This document shows positions 51,171-61,146 of a stretch of 61,255 nt of DNA, piece by piece. Below the pieces are notes generated by a model. That model worked only from the letters and a program-made list of their open reading frames with translations, had not been told where the DNA came from and did not search any database. Every line of letters begins with the position of its first letter. Positions within the stretch are counted from its first letter, which is position 1. Both the position numbers and the translations under genes were made by a program. Source of the DNA: Candidatus Moranbacteria bacterium UBA2206 (lineage in GTDB: Bacteria > Patescibacteriota > Minisyncoccia > Moranbacterales > UBA2206); the NCBI GenBank assembly GCA_002328565.1, contig DCUU01000020.1, positions 1 through 61,255 of the forward strand. The letters run 5' to 3'.

Positions 51171-51437
51171 ATGGAAGAGAATAAAAACACAATAACAGCC
51201 TTAAAAAAGGCGCATAGCCATTTGGGCAATGTGATAAAAATGGCGGAGGAAAAAGAGTATTGCATTGATATTTTGCAACAGAATTTAGCAGTAATGGGAC
51301 TTTTGAAATCAGCTAATTCAAAAATATTAGAAGGACATCTAAATTCTTGTTTTCAAAATGCTATGCGCGGAACTAATGAAAAAAGAAAAAAAGAAATGAT
51401 TGAAGAGATTTTGGTAATTAATAAGTTGAGTAAATAA
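51171..51437 (+). CDS. csoR: CsoR/RcnR-family metal-sensing transcriptional repressor
   Basis: 88 aa. LKKAHSHLGNVIKMAEEKEYCIDILQQ...LEGHLNSC shows DUF156 topology with Cys and His ligand positions. Confidence 0.8.
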   Translation: MEENKNTITALKKAHSHLGNVIKMAEEKEYCIDILQQNLAVMGLLKSANSKILEGHLNSCFQNAMRGTNEKRKKEMIEEILVINKLSK

Positions 51438-51441
51438 TAAA

Positions 51442-52800
51442 ATGAAAAAGAAAATATACATCAAAGGAATGCATTGCGTGGCATGTGAAAAAATTCTTGA
51501 GGATGAGCTTATGCATGTCCCTTTCGTGAAAGAAGTGAAGGCCGACAGAAAAAAAGGCGAAGTAGAGATTCGTTATGGAGAAAAGGAACCTAACACGTTG
51601 GCTATCAAAGAAATGGTAAAAAAAATTGGTTATGAAGCTTTTGAAGAAAAACCAGGGAAAGATAACAGCAGGGAAGAAAAAACAACCTTTATGCAGTGGT
51701 TAAAAGCCATTATAATTGTGGCAATAGTTTTAGTTGTATTTAGAATTTTTCAGGATGCTGGGATAGTGGACAACATAAACATCAGGGGCGTGGAAGTCTC
51801 ACTCGGAATTTCTTTTCTAGTGGGGATAGTAGCTTCACTCTCATCGTGTCTCATTATCGTTGGGGGAGTGATAATCGCTTTTGGAGAAAAATATAAAGGC
51901 GAAGGAAAAGATTTTTTTTCTCGAGCAGTTAAGCCAAATCTAATATTTCACCTTGGAAGACTTACGACTTTTTTTGTACTGGGTGGATTCCTAGGACTTT
52001 TGGGCGGACAGATAAATATCAGTGGTAATTTTGTCGCTGTTTTTTCGATAGCAATCGCACTTATTATGGGATGGCTGGGACTAAATATCTTGGGCATCGT
52101 TCCTTCAATTTCTAATTTAGGTTTAGGATTACCTAAAAGCCTTACTAGACACTGGGATTCCTTGAAAAGTTCGGAGCATAAAGCCGCTCCATTTTTACTT
52201 GGAGTTTCAAGTTTCTTTTTGCCTTGTGGCTTTACTCAAAGCATGCAAATTTTCGCTCTAACTTCGGGTAGTTTTTGGACAGGGGGATTGAGTCTGCTTC
52301 TTTTTGCTCTAGGTACTGTGCCATCGCTTTTGATTTTAGGTATCACAGCTTCTTGGTCAAGCAGTAGAAAAATGGTGGTGTTTCAAAAAGTAGCTGGGAT
52401 ATTAGTTGTGTTATTCGCTTTTTTTACTTTGCAATCCGGTTTGGCCTTGAGGGGAGTAGCGACAAATGTCATTAGCACTAATGATACAAAACAAACAACT
52501 CCTTCATCTTCTACTGAGAAAAAAATTGATGATAAAAATGTGCAAATTGTAGAAATGCGTGTGACGAGCTCAGGTTTTCAACCAGCCGTGCTTAAAATCA
52601 AAAAAGATATTCCGGTTAAGTGGATTGTGAAAGGCGATCAACTTAGTGGTTGTACTAATAAAATAATTGTTCCAAGTCTGGAAATTTCCAAGGCATTGGT
52701 GTCAGGAGATAATATAATAAATTTCACACCTAAAACTACCGGAACGATTCCTTTTAGTTGTTGGATGGGCATGGTGAAGGGAAAGTTTATCGTTGAATAA
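51442..52800 (+). CDS. Fusion protein: HMA metal-binding domain, TauE/DsbD-like polytopic membrane domain and C-terminal cupredoxin-like domain
   Basis: GMHCVAC at the N-terminus, about 6 TM segments with LPCGFTQ, and a C-terminal beta-rich domain (FQPAVLKIKKDIPVKWIV...IPFSCWMGM). Confidence 0.7.
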   Translation: MKKKIYIKGMHCVACEKILEDELMHVPFVKEVKADRKKGEVEIRYGEKEPNTLAIKEMVKKIGYEAFEEKPGKDNSREEKTTFMQWLKAIIIVAIVLVVFRIFQDAGIVDNINIRGVEVSLGISFLVGIVASLSSCLIIVGGVIIAFGEKYKGEGKDFFSRAVKPNLIFHLGRLTTFFVLGGFLGLLGGQINISGNFVAVFSIAIALIMGWLGLNILGIVPSISNLGLGLPKSLTRHWDSLKSSEHKAAPFLLGVSSFFLPCGFTQSMQIFALTSGSFWTGGLSLLLFALGTVPSLLILGITASWSSSRKMVVFQKVAGILVVLFAFFTLQSGLALRGVATNVISTNDTKQTTPSSSTEKKIDDKNVQIVEMRVTSSGFQPAVLKIKKDIPVKWIVKGDQLSGCTNKIIVPSLEISKALVSGDNIINFTPKTTGTIPFSCWMGMVKGKFIVE

Positions 52801-52902
52801 AAATTAACCCTGTTAAATAATTTTAATTTTTTTAAAATTAAAATTAGATTTGTACATATTTAAAATTAACAATAAATAGAACAATTAATAATAATTTAAA
52901 TT

Positions 52903-55071
52903 ATGAGCAAAAAAATAATCCTAAAAATCTCCGGCATGACTTGTGCTAGTTGTGCGCTGAGCAATGAAAAAGAATTGATCAAATCTAAAGGAATAATTTC
53001 TGCTTCAGTTAATTTTGCTTCAAAAAATGCGCAAGTGGAATATGAACCGGAAATCATTGATGAAAGCCAAGTCAAAAAAATCATCAAAGATAATGGCTAT
53101 AACATTGAAGAACGTGGCGAGCATCATCATGAGATGGAAAGTATAACTAAAAATTGGAACAGTTTTATCTGGTCAGCAGTTTTGAGTGCGCCGTTAATTT
53201 TGGAAATGTTTTATAAGTTTAGATTAGATCGAAATATTTTCAATATTGATTTAGTTATGTGGGCCCATCTTCTCTTAGCGACAATTGTTGTTTTTGTTTT
53301 TGGTTGGCGTTTTCATCGCACAATGCTTCTTAAACTAAAAAAGTTTGAAGCTAATATGGACACCTTAGTTTCAATTGGAACTCTAGTGGCCTATTTCTAT
53401 AGCTTTTGGGCATTTTTTTCCGGCCAAGAAGGTTATCTAGAATCAGCCGTGGCAATTATTACTCTCATTCTTTTGGGTAAGTATTTTGAAACTAGAAGTA
53501 TGGGGCGGGCAGGAGAAGCGATGAGAAAACTTATGGAATTTGGAGTGAAATATGCTCGGGTGATCGATGCAAAAAACAAAGAAGAAATGATTGAAGTTGA
53601 TAAGGTGAAAATTGGCGACATTCTTCTTGTGAAACCGAGTGAAAAAATTCCACTCGATGGAGAAATAATTTCGGGCGTTTCCAGCGTGGACGAATCAATG
53701 CTCACCGGCGAATCTTTGCCAGTAGAAAAAAAGATAGGCGAAAAAGTGTATGGTGCGACAATCAATCAAGATGGTGTGATAAGAATTAAGGTGAGCCAGA
53801 TTGGCGAAGGCACAGTGCTTGCGCAAATAATAAAAACCGTGGAAGAGGCGCAAATGTCCAAGGCGCCAATACAAAAATTAGCTGACAAGATATCAGGAAT
53901 TTTTGTTCCAATTATCATAATAATAGCTTTCGGAACTTTCTTTTTTTGGAATCTATTTTCAGGCAATCTTTCTCTTTCTATCATCAACGCGGTGGCAGTT
54001 TTAGTTATCGCGTGTCCATGTGCTCTTGGACTGGCTACGCCAACGGCCATTATGGTAGGAACAGGACGCGCTTCAAAGAGGGGTATACTTTTCAAAACGG
54101 GGGAAAGTTTTGAAAGAGCCGAGAAAATTTCCACCGTAGTTTTTGACAAAACTGGTACGCTCACGCAGGGGAAGCCGGAAGTCAAAAAAATCATAATAAA
54201 CCCGCAGGAGAATTTTTCGAGCGAGTCAGTTTTGAAAATTGCCTCGTCTCTTTCGAACAATTCCGAGCATCCAATTTCCAGCGCGATTAACAACTATGCC
54301 AAAGATAAAAATATTATTCTAGCGCGTTTGGAAGAAATTAAAGAAGAAAAAGGCAAGGGGATCTCGGCAATTTGTGAGGAGCACAAAACCAAACTTCTCT
54401 TGGGGAATAAGAAACTACTAGAAGATTATGGCGTGGATTTGGCTTGGGTGGAAAATATTTTAAACGAAGAAAATCAAACAGGGGGCTCATATCTTTTTGT
54501 TGCTCACGGTGAAAAAGTAATCGGTGCAATTTTAGTGGCAGACAAAGCTAGGGTCGAAGCAAGGAAGGTTATTGAAAAAATCAAGAAAATGAAAATTACC
54601 GTGGCGATGATAACTGGGGATAACAAAAAAACAGCCGAAACAATTGGAAAGGAATTAGGCATAGAAAAAATAATCGCCGAAGTTTTGCCGGAGGGAAAAA
54701 CTAGGGAGATAAAAAAACTTCAAGAAAATGGCGAAGGAGTGATTTTTGTGGGAGACGGGATAAATGATGCGCCAAGTCTTGTTCAGGCTAATTTGGGAAT
54801 CGCGATGGGGAGCGGTACTGATATTGCCAAAGAAGCCGGGCAAATAATTCTGCTGGAAAACAATTTAGAAAAAGTGGTGGAAGCGATTGAAATTTCCAAA
54901 ATTACTTTTCGTACAATCAAGCAAAATTTATTCTGGGCTTTTTTCTATAATATCGTAGCTATTCCGCTAGCTGCTTTTGGATTTTTGTCTCCCGCCATTG
55001 CTGCGGGCGCAATGTCGCTTAGCTCAGTGTCGGTCGTGCTAAATAGTCTTCGAATTTATAGGAAAAAGTAG
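52903..55071 (+). CDS. copA: Copper-translocating P1B-type ATPase
   Basis: HMA GMTCASC, TGES, the CPC transmembrane motif, DKTGTLT and GDGINDAP. Confidence 0.96.
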   Translation: MSKKIILKISGMTCASCALSNEKELIKSKGIISASVNFASKNAQVEYEPEIIDESQVKKIIKDNGYNIEERGEHHHEMESITKNWNSFIWSAVLSAPLILEMFYKFRLDRNIFNIDLVMWAHLLLATIVVFVFGWRFHRTMLLKLKKFEANMDTLVSIGTLVAYFYSFWAFFSGQEGYLESAVAIITLILLGKYFETRSMGRAGEAMRKLMEFGVKYARVIDAKNKEEMIEVDKVKIGDILLVKPSEKIPLDGEIISGVSSVDESMLTGESLPVEKKIGEKVYGATINQDGVIRIKVSQIGEGTVLAQIIKTVEEAQMSKAPIQKLADKISGIFVPIIIIIAFGTFFFWNLFSGNLSLSIINAVAVLVIACPCALGLATPTAIMVGTGRASKRGILFKTGESFERAEKISTVVFDKTGTLTQGKPEVKKIIINPQENFSSESVLKIASSLSNNSEHPISSAINNYAKDKNIILARLEEIKEEKGKGISAICEEHKTKLLLGNKKLLEDYGVDLAWVENILNEENQTGGSYLFVAHGEKVIGAILVADKARVEARKVIEKIKKMKITVAMITGDNKKTAETIGKELGIEKIIAEVLPEGKTREIKKLQENGEGVIFVGDGINDAPSLVQANLGIAMGSGTDIAKEAGQIILLENNLEKVVEAIEISKITFRTIKQNLFWAFFYNIVAIPLAAFGFLSPAIAAGAMSLSSVSVVLNSLRIYRKK

Positions 55072-55086
55072 CATAATATAATTTTT

Positions 55087-55166
55087 ATAAATAAAAAACA
55101 CTACCGTATTCTAGTATACGGTAGTAAAATAATTTTTCTGAATCTTCCTAACATTCAATGTTAGGA
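55087..55166. repeat. 80-nt double-hairpin terminator cassette, copy 1 (between convergent copA and TrmB paralog 4)
   Basis: ataaataaaaaacactaccgtattctagtatacggtagt...cctaacattcaatgttagga is about 85 percent identical by eye to 58021-58099. Confidence 0.8.
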
Positions 55167-55171
55167 AATAA

Positions 55172-55942
55172 TTATTTTGTTAAGCTCCAAAGTTTTTTCA
55201 ATATCTCGCGCATATTCTGAGCGAGAAGCTCATCGTGAATTTCGATGGCATAGAAAGGATGTTGGCGAGTAGAAATTGTCACTAGGTAATTTCCGCAAAC
55301 CCAAACAGTGGAAGTAAAATTCATATCAGGGAAAAATTTCACTTGTCTTTTGGGTTGATATTTTCCGATTAATTTTTTTTCAACTTCAGAAACATTAGTA
55401 AGGACCTGGGCTTGATAATTTCCATCTTTACTTTCTTTAGTTTTCCATGTTTCTTCAATCCATTTGGGAAAATTTTCCACGAAGCTATGATCTTGAAATC
55501 CCCACCACACGCCGTCAATTGAAATAATTTCTTTTTGCCATTTCACAATATTATCAAACAAAAATTTTTCTAAATTATTTTCTTCGATAAATCTAATTTT
55601 GGGAACGGGATAATTTTTTTCGCAGTTGATAAGATTAAGTTCATTTACAGCACCTTTGATTAAGAGTTCTTTTTCTTTTATTTCTCTTTTGGTTTGATCT
55701 AGGATTCTGTTCAAATTTTCAGGAGGCAAAGCGATGAAATATAAAATCTTGTTGCTTAGGTCTTCCGCAATGATTCCTTTAGATACAAGTCCCTTAGCTA
55801 CAGCATAGAGTGTAGCGCGATTAAGATTCGTTGTCTTGGCTAAATCAGACGGTTTTGTTTTGCCGTGCTTCAAAAGAGCAAGATATATGCGTATCTCTTT
55901 TTCATTTAGTCCAAGTTTTTGGAGGGTTTTGTTTATTGGCAT
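55172..55942 (-). CDS. TrmB-family transcriptional regulator (paralog 4 of 4)
   Basis: LGLNEKEIRIYLALLKHGKTKPSDLAKTTNLNRATLYAVAKGLVSKGII. C-terminus ...LKKLWSLTK. Confidence 0.8.
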   Translation of the reverse strand: MPINKTLQKLGLNEKEIRIYLALLKHGKTKPSDLAKTTNLNRATLYAVAKGLVSKGIIAEDLSNKILYFIALPPENLNRILDQTKREIKEKELLIKGAVNELNLINCEKNYPVPKIRFIEENNLEKFLFDNIVKWQKEIISIDGVWWGFQDHSFVENFPKWIEETWKTKESKDGNYQAQVLTNVSEVEKKLIGKYQPKRQVKFFPDMNFTSTVWVCGNYLVTISTRQHPFYAIEIHDELLAQNMREILKKLWSLTK

Positions 55943-55950
55943 AAAAATAT

Positions 55951-56080
55951 GGTCATCCTCGCACCCGCTTTCGCGAGTATAAACTCCAGCGGGGATCTAG
56001 TCTAAGAGTTTATTTATTTAGAAAGACTTAAAATATACAAAAGGCTTTTTCACTAGATTCCTGCCTGCGCAGGAATGACA
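55951..56080. repeat. MITE-like element copy F (130 nt), occupying the predicted 5' leader of TrmB paralog 4
   Basis: ggtcatcctcgcacccgctttcgcgag ... ctagattcctgcctgcgcaggaatgaca. Confidence 0.75.
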
Positions 56081-56085
56081 TATTC

Positions 56086-56114
56086 ATTATACTCCGTTGT
56101 CAGGATATTGTCAA
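56086..56114 (-). promoter_or_regulatory. Sigma70-type promoter of TrmB paralog 4
   Basis: The minus strand reads TTGACA (56109-56114), 17 nt, TATAAT (56086-56091). Transcription would start at the edge of MITE copy F. Confidence 0.6.
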
Positions 56115-56279
56115 CAATTGTTGGACAAAAATTGACAATATTTATAATTCTTGCTAAGTTTAGTTATTAATTTAGAAATTAATCTAAATTAAAGTTATTT
56201 AAAAAATGCAATAAAAAAAGGAGGACGATGGGAATTGGTCGTGTTTTGATTTTAACTTGCAAATGAAGGAGAGAAGCTC

Positions 56280-57269
56280 ATGAATCAAATAAAAAGAAAT
56301 AAGAAATATCTTATTGCAACTATCATATCATTTATAATATTAATAATTGAAGTAGTGGCTTTGGTTTTGTGTGGCATAGTTTGTTCTTTTTTCTCGTCGC
56401 CTTGCCCGCTTCTTTCTAAAAATATTGTGATAGTATTACTAGTCACATTATTCGTATTCACAGAAGCAGGTTTCGCTTTTCTTTGTTGCTATATGAGTGG
56501 AGATTGGAAATTTCTGAAAAATTGGCGCATTATATTAAGAGGTGGTAATGATAGTAATATTGTTCATCTACCTGAGTCTGAAACATATGAGTTAGAAATG
56601 AAATATTTTCCCTGGGGAAGACTCATAGAAAAAGTTGTTGATTATGTTTGTGAAATCGCCCCAAGAAATGGTCGAGTAGTTGATTTGATGTGCGGGCCAG
56701 GTTATTTGCTTGGCAAGATTAAAGAAAAAAGACCCGACCTGATTTTAACAGGCATTGATAGTAACGAAGATTTTATCGGTTATGCCAGAAATATTTATAC
56801 CGATATTTCTTTTAAGCTTGCGAATATCTTGGCTTATAAATCAGAAATAAAATACGAGATTGTTTTGTGCACTGGGGGTGTTCATCATTTGCCCTATACG
56901 GAACAAGCCGGCTTTATAAAATTAATCTCAATAATGCTAAAGCCAGCCGGCGTTGCCATTATCGCAGATCCATTAGTTGAAGAATATTCTTCAGAAGCGG
57001 AGAGGAAAATAAGTGCTACCAAGCTCGGCTATAAATATCTTCTGGCTACAATAAAGAAAAATGCTCCTGACAAACTTTTGAAGGCGGCAATTGATATTAT
57101 GTGTAATGATGTTTTGCAATTGGAGTATAAGAATCATCATCGCAATATGGTGGCGATGCTGAAAAGTTATTTTTGCCAAATAAGTGAATACCGATTTTGG
57201 CCTGAAAGGGAGGTGATTTCTGAAAAATATGGGGACTATGTTTTTATTTGCAAACAACCTATAAAATAA
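56280..57269 (+). CDS. Membrane-anchored class I SAM-dependent methyltransferase
   Basis: N-terminal TM helices, then SAM motif I VVDLMCGPGYL and a post-I acidic residue (GIDSNEDF). Confidence 0.7.
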   Translation: MNQIKRNKKYLIATIISFIILIIEVVALVLCGIVCSFFSSPCPLLSKNIVIVLLVTLFVFTEAGFAFLCCYMSGDWKFLKNWRIILRGGNDSNIVHLPESETYELEMKYFPWGRLIEKVVDYVCEIAPRNGRVVDLMCGPGYLLGKIKEKRPDLILTGIDSNEDFIGYARNIYTDISFKLANILAYKSEIKYEIVLCTGGVHHLPYTEQAGFIKLISIMLKPAGVAIIADPLVEEYSSEAERKISATKLGYKYLLATIKKNAPDKLLKAAIDIMCNDVLQLEYKNHHRNMVAMLKSYFCQISEYRFWPEREVISEKYGDYVFICKQPIK

Positions 57270-57280
57270 AGGAGAAGCTC

Positions 57281-57973
57281 ATGAAAAAACTGCTTATTTT
57301 GATGGAAATTATGGCAAGTTTATTGTTTATAAAAACAGTCAATGCGGAAATGACAAGTTTTTCTGATGCTGGCCTATATTCTGCTTATGTAAGTGGTCGC
57401 AAAGGAAATATTAACTGTGATAATCCAGTTATTCAAGGAGATTATATCCATAGATTCCCTTTTGTGGATATTGGTTTCTGGTTTTCGGCCGGAATAGACA
57501 GGTTCAATAATAATTATGGTGATGAAGTTGATTCATTCCTAATTAAAAAGTATTACTATCAAGATTTCCGTTTCAAAATTAGCTTGGCCTATTTTTTAAT
57601 CTACAATCTTGAAAAATCAAAAGACGATGTGCTCTCTTGGGAAATTGACGGATCATATGAAAAAAAATTATTTCCCTATGTTAATTTATCAGCCGAATAT
57701 CCGGTTAATGGAACTGATGGCGCAATAATGTGGCGCGTGGGAATTTGTCCAAAGTTTTTCAATGAAAAACTTGGTGTGGATTTTTCACTGGCTGGACATG
57801 ATGGTGCCTATAATCACAACGCATATCTTTTGGCCTCTGGGAAAACAAGGATTTTTTGGACATGTAAGTTTCCGAAATTTTTAATGACTCTGGAGATTAA
57901 TTTTCAAAAAGTTCTGTCCAATGATAAGGTGGCTCAAAATAAGATCTGGGGAGGGATAAATTTTTCGCGGTAA
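57281..57973 (+). CDS. Secreted hypothetical protein with a beta-strand-like alternating pattern
   Basis: RBS aaggagaagctc before the ATG at 57281. The signal peptide MKKLLILMEIMASLLFIKTVNA is followed by aromatic-rich alternating segments. Confidence 0.5.
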   Translation: MKKLLILMEIMASLLFIKTVNAEMTSFSDAGLYSAYVSGRKGNINCDNPVIQGDYIHRFPFVDIGFWFSAGIDRFNNNYGDEVDSFLIKKYYYQDFRFKISLAYFLIYNLEKSKDDVLSWEIDGSYEKKLFPYVNLSAEYPVNGTDGAIMWRVGICPKFFNEKLGVDFSLAGHDGAYNHNAYLLASGKTRIFWTCKFPKFLMTLEINFQKVLSNDKVAQNKIWGGINFSR

Positions 57974-57976
57974 ACC

Positions 57977-58018
57977 AAAGAGACACGCCCCAACCGGGAA
58001 ACGGTCTCTTTTTATTTT
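57977..58018 (+). terminator. Intrinsic terminator
   Basis: aaagagac ... gtctcttt followed by a T-run. Confidence 0.7.
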
Positions 58019-58020
58019 TC

Positions 58021-58099
58021 ATAAATAAAAAACACTACAGTATACTAGTATACTGTAGTGAAATATTTTTTTAGATTAGCCTAGCGTTGAATGTTAGGA
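58021..58099. repeat. 80-nt double-hairpin terminator cassette, copy 2
   Basis: ataaataaaaaacactacagtatactagtatactgtagtg...cctagcgttgaatgttagga. The first hairpin is a perfect 13-bp palindrome. Confidence 0.8.
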
Positions 58100-58104
58100 G
58101 GATG

Positions 58105-58707
58105 TTATTGGTAAACCTTATTATAATATATTCCAACATCGGCGATCCATTTATCAACGCTTTCGTCGCTATGTCCGGCGCAATTCCAACCGCACTTCCA
58201 AACAATCATTTGTTCTGGGGTGGATAGATTAGAATCATTAATAAGGGCGCTTATTCTTTTTCCGACAATATCGACTGCTTGTTTTGGACTGTCAAAACAA
58301 GTGTAGCCACTAGGCGTTACATTTTCCTCTTGTCCGCGGTAGCCCCAATAATTGAAACAATCTTTTCCATTAAGCTTGGGAGAATATTTCCCCCAATTAC
58401 TTTCTTTCTTAGCAATACCAATTAGAAAAGCGGCCGTTCTTTTTTCTTTGGCGGAAATGTAAGGCGCCATTTTTTCCATTGGATAGCCGGCCACTAAACT
58501 ATTAATATTTTTTTCTAGGGGAGTTATGACTTTTGTTTTGACTACATTCTCAGCAACCGGAATTGATTTAGAGTAACCTAAAATCAATATATCATAAAAG
58601 AGAGCTAGTGCAACCATAAAGAACAGGATAGCTTTTTTGTTCAAAACCTCCTCTGGTGGGGGGATAATGAACTTTTTAGAAAGTATTTTAGTTATATATT
58701 TTTTCAT
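58105..58707 (-). CDS. Membrane-anchored hypothetical protein, possibly with a lysozyme-like or transglycosylase fold
   Basis: N-terminal TM. GIAKKESNWGKY resembles the catalytic E-S region of SLT-type enzymes. The assignment is weak. Confidence 0.35.
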   Translation of the reverse strand: MKKYITKILSKKFIIPPPEEVLNKKAILFFMVALALFYDILILGYSKSIPVAENVVKTKVITPLEKNINSLVAGYPMEKMAPYISAKEKRTAAFLIGIAKKESNWGKYSPKLNGKDCFNYWGYRGQEENVTPSGYTCFDSPKQAVDIVGKRISALINDSNLSTPEQMIVWKCGWNCAGHSDESVDKWIADVGIYYNKVYQ

Positions 58708-58806
58708 AAAAATGGCTTATTTAAAAAGAAAAACGGGCTTGCACCCGTTTTTATATTTTCCTACTCACAACTTAATTATAGCACAGTTTTGGCCAAAATG
58801 CAAGGC

Positions 58807-59739
58807 TTAAAAATTGCAAGCTGCGCCGTCGGCACAGCCGGAAAAGTCGAGCTGGTTTTGGTCGCGGACGATATCTTTTTGGGTGCTGATCTTGTAGCGG
58901 TAGGTAGCAGAAGGATAATTCACATTGGAATTATTAGTGGTGGAATTGTTGGTAGAATTATTTTGATTAGTAGTAGAGCCACTATTGGTTGACGAGACTA
59001 TTTGATTGTTGGTGATGGTCAAAACGGAGTTGCCATTTTGGGCTTCATAGGTGAAGCTTGAGCCGTCCTCAGAAAAATAAAAACTAATCACATCATCGTA
59101 GCCTTGGCTTTTTTGACCATCAACCACTACATAGATTTTGTCATTTTCTTTGATTACATAGGCAATCTTACTACCATCATCATTCATAATTATCGCGGTA
59201 GATTTTCCATCAGCGTCTTTAGCTAGAGCTATTTCTTGAAATGATTTACTTTCTTTTAAGGTGTCAGTGATATTTAGAATTTCGGCGCTGATTACCACAT
59301 AATCACGGTCGCCTTTAGTAGCCACAAAGGCGATGACTTTTCCGTTTTTACTAAAAGTAATGTAGTTGGATTTTTGGTAAGCATAAATTTCTTGAGTGTT
59401 GTTGACCACCACATAAGCTTGTCCGCCGATTTCTGCGTTATAGGCAATTTGAGTTCCGTCGGCGCTGAAAACCGGATTGGAAACGAAGTCATACGATTTT
59501 CCTTCGGTGCCATTCCAAATTACTGACCACTGGTCACCTTTTTTGACTTTGTAAACCGTATTTTTCCCGTTCGAAGCAAAAAAGATATCTGGATTTTCTT
59601 GCGCTGGTTTGGCGGTTACTACAGGCGCAGTATTTTCTGCCGGCTTATCTTTTTTTAGCAGAACAATAGAAAAAATAATCAGCACTGAAAAAAGGATAAT
59701 AAGAAGAATGGGTAATACTTTTTGTTTTTCATTTGGCAT
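58807..59739 (-). CDS. Membrane-anchored protein with PD40/TolB-like beta-propeller repeats
   Basis: N-terminal TM and repeated units FSADGTQIAY, FSKNGKVIAF, MNDDGSKIAY and FSEDGSSFTY. Confidence 0.6.
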   Translation of the reverse strand: MPNEKQKVLPILLIILFSVLIIFSIVLLKKDKPAENTAPVVTAKPAQENPDIFFASNGKNTVYKVKKGDQWSVIWNGTEGKSYDFVSNPVFSADGTQIAYNAEIGGQAYVVVNNTQEIYAYQKSNYITFSKNGKVIAFVATKGDRDYVVISAEILNITDTLKESKSFQEIALAKDADGKSTAIIMNDDGSKIAYVIKENDKIYVVVDGQKSQGYDDVISFYFSEDGSSFTYEAQNGNSVLTITNNQIVSSTNSGSTTNQNNSTNNSTTNNSNVNYPSATYRYKISTQKDIVRDQNQLDFSGCADGAACNF

Positions 59740-59929
59740 TTTGTTTTGTTAAATTTAATTATATTACGACTTCCGCATTTCCCTTCAAATCTATTGTTCG
59801 CTGAAATTACAAAAAAATAAACTAAGATTATAGATAGAAATTATTGATTGTAATCCTGTCATTGTACTGGCTACATAAATAGATTTTCAGGCAAACGCGT
59901 AAGTCTTGTATTTTTATAATAGCATGAAT

Positions 59930-61042
59930 TTATTTGAGTGTGATGACGACAATCTCGGGTGTGTTACCAAGACGCATAGTTGGTCCCCAAGTGCCGGTGC
60001 CATTAGAAGTGTGCAGGGTATAGTTTTCCATTTCAAATAGGCCATGGTCATAACCACGGTAAACTAATTTCGTGATTAGGTTAAAAGGAAAAAATTGTCC
60101 GACGTGTGTGTGGCCACAAAGTTCCAAATTGATGCCTTGATTTTTGATTTTCAAAATATTAGTGGGTGTGTGGTAGAGTAAGATATTGGGTTGGCCGAAA
60201 TAATCTTTTTTGAGTGATTCGAGAATCGCGACAACATCTTTTTTTTCATTGCGCTCAGGATAGCTGATGCCAATTAATTTCAAACCATTTATGTCGATCA
60301 CTTCATCATGCATAATCCTTATCGAAATATTTTTGAGTTCTTGAAAAACATTGTCTAGTCCTAGATAGGTTTCATGATTTCCGATGACAAAAAATGTTCC
60401 TTTTGGTGCGCGAATATTTTCAAGTGGTTTTACAATAGGAGCTAGATTTCCATCCATTCCATCAAAAAGATCGCCCGTGATAAGGACCATTTCAGGTTTT
60501 TCGTGGTTTAATTTTTCTACAATTCTTTTGATATATTTTTCTCGATAGATGTGGCCAAGATGAACGTCAGAAAGTTGGATGATTTTTTTGCCTTGCCACT
60601 GTGCCGGCAAATTGGGAATGGAAACTGAAATATTTTTTATCTCAGGATTAAACGCATTCCAAACGCCATAGATGGAAAGAAAAAAAGCGATGACAAAAAT
60701 GGGGGAGGCGAGGATTGCTGGATTTAAATTTAAATTGAAAAATCTTGCGATGAGAATGATAAGCCAAATTAGAATGGTAGCCAAAACAAAGTTATTGAGA
60801 ATTCCGAGCCAAACGCCAGAGAGAAAATAGTAAGTACGAAAAAAAATATTATCATTCCAATGCGCCAAGATGGAAGAAAGAATGAAACTTATCCCAAAAA
60901 AAATCAAAAAGCCCAGAAGAATTTTTTGCGAGCTTCCGCTGAGGCTGAAAAAACTGATAAAGGAAAAATATAAAAACCAATGTGCGCCCAAAAGAATGGC
61001 GACAAGAAGGGAAAGGAAAAAAATTGGAATTAGGATGTTCAT
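59930..61042 (-). CDS. Membrane-anchored metallophosphoesterase (YkuE/calcineurin-like)
   Basis: Multiple N-terminal TM segments, then the motifs LSDVHLG, GDLFDG, GNHE and GHTH. Confidence 0.88.
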   Translation of the reverse strand: MNILIPIFFLSLLVAILLGAHWFLYFSFISFFSLSGSSQKILLGFLIFFGISFILSSILAHWNDNIFFRTYYFLSGVWLGILNNFVLATILIWLIILIARFFNLNLNPAILASPIFVIAFFLSIYGVWNAFNPEIKNISVSIPNLPAQWQGKKIIQLSDVHLGHIYREKYIKRIVEKLNHEKPEMVLITGDLFDGMDGNLAPIVKPLENIRAPKGTFFVIGNHETYLGLDNVFQELKNISIRIMHDEVIDINGLKLIGISYPERNEKKDVVAILESLKKDYFGQPNILLYHTPTNILKIKNQGINLELCGHTHVGQFFPFNLITKLVYRGYDHGLFEMENYTLHTSNGTGTWGPTMRLGNTPEIVVITLK

Positions 61043-61146
61043 AACTTAATAATAGTACAAAAGGGGGGAAAAGAGAAGTAACGCTATTTCTTTATAAAAC
61101 ACAAAAAAAAGCTACTATACTAATAATACAGATACTAATTATAGAA

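Noticed and set aside
58789-58992. 67-aa plus-strand ORF, and 59292-59513 on the minus strand, overlapping the PD40-repeat gene.
   Set aside because: They are antisense or out-of-frame to a long ORF with clear repeat structure, and have no start context.
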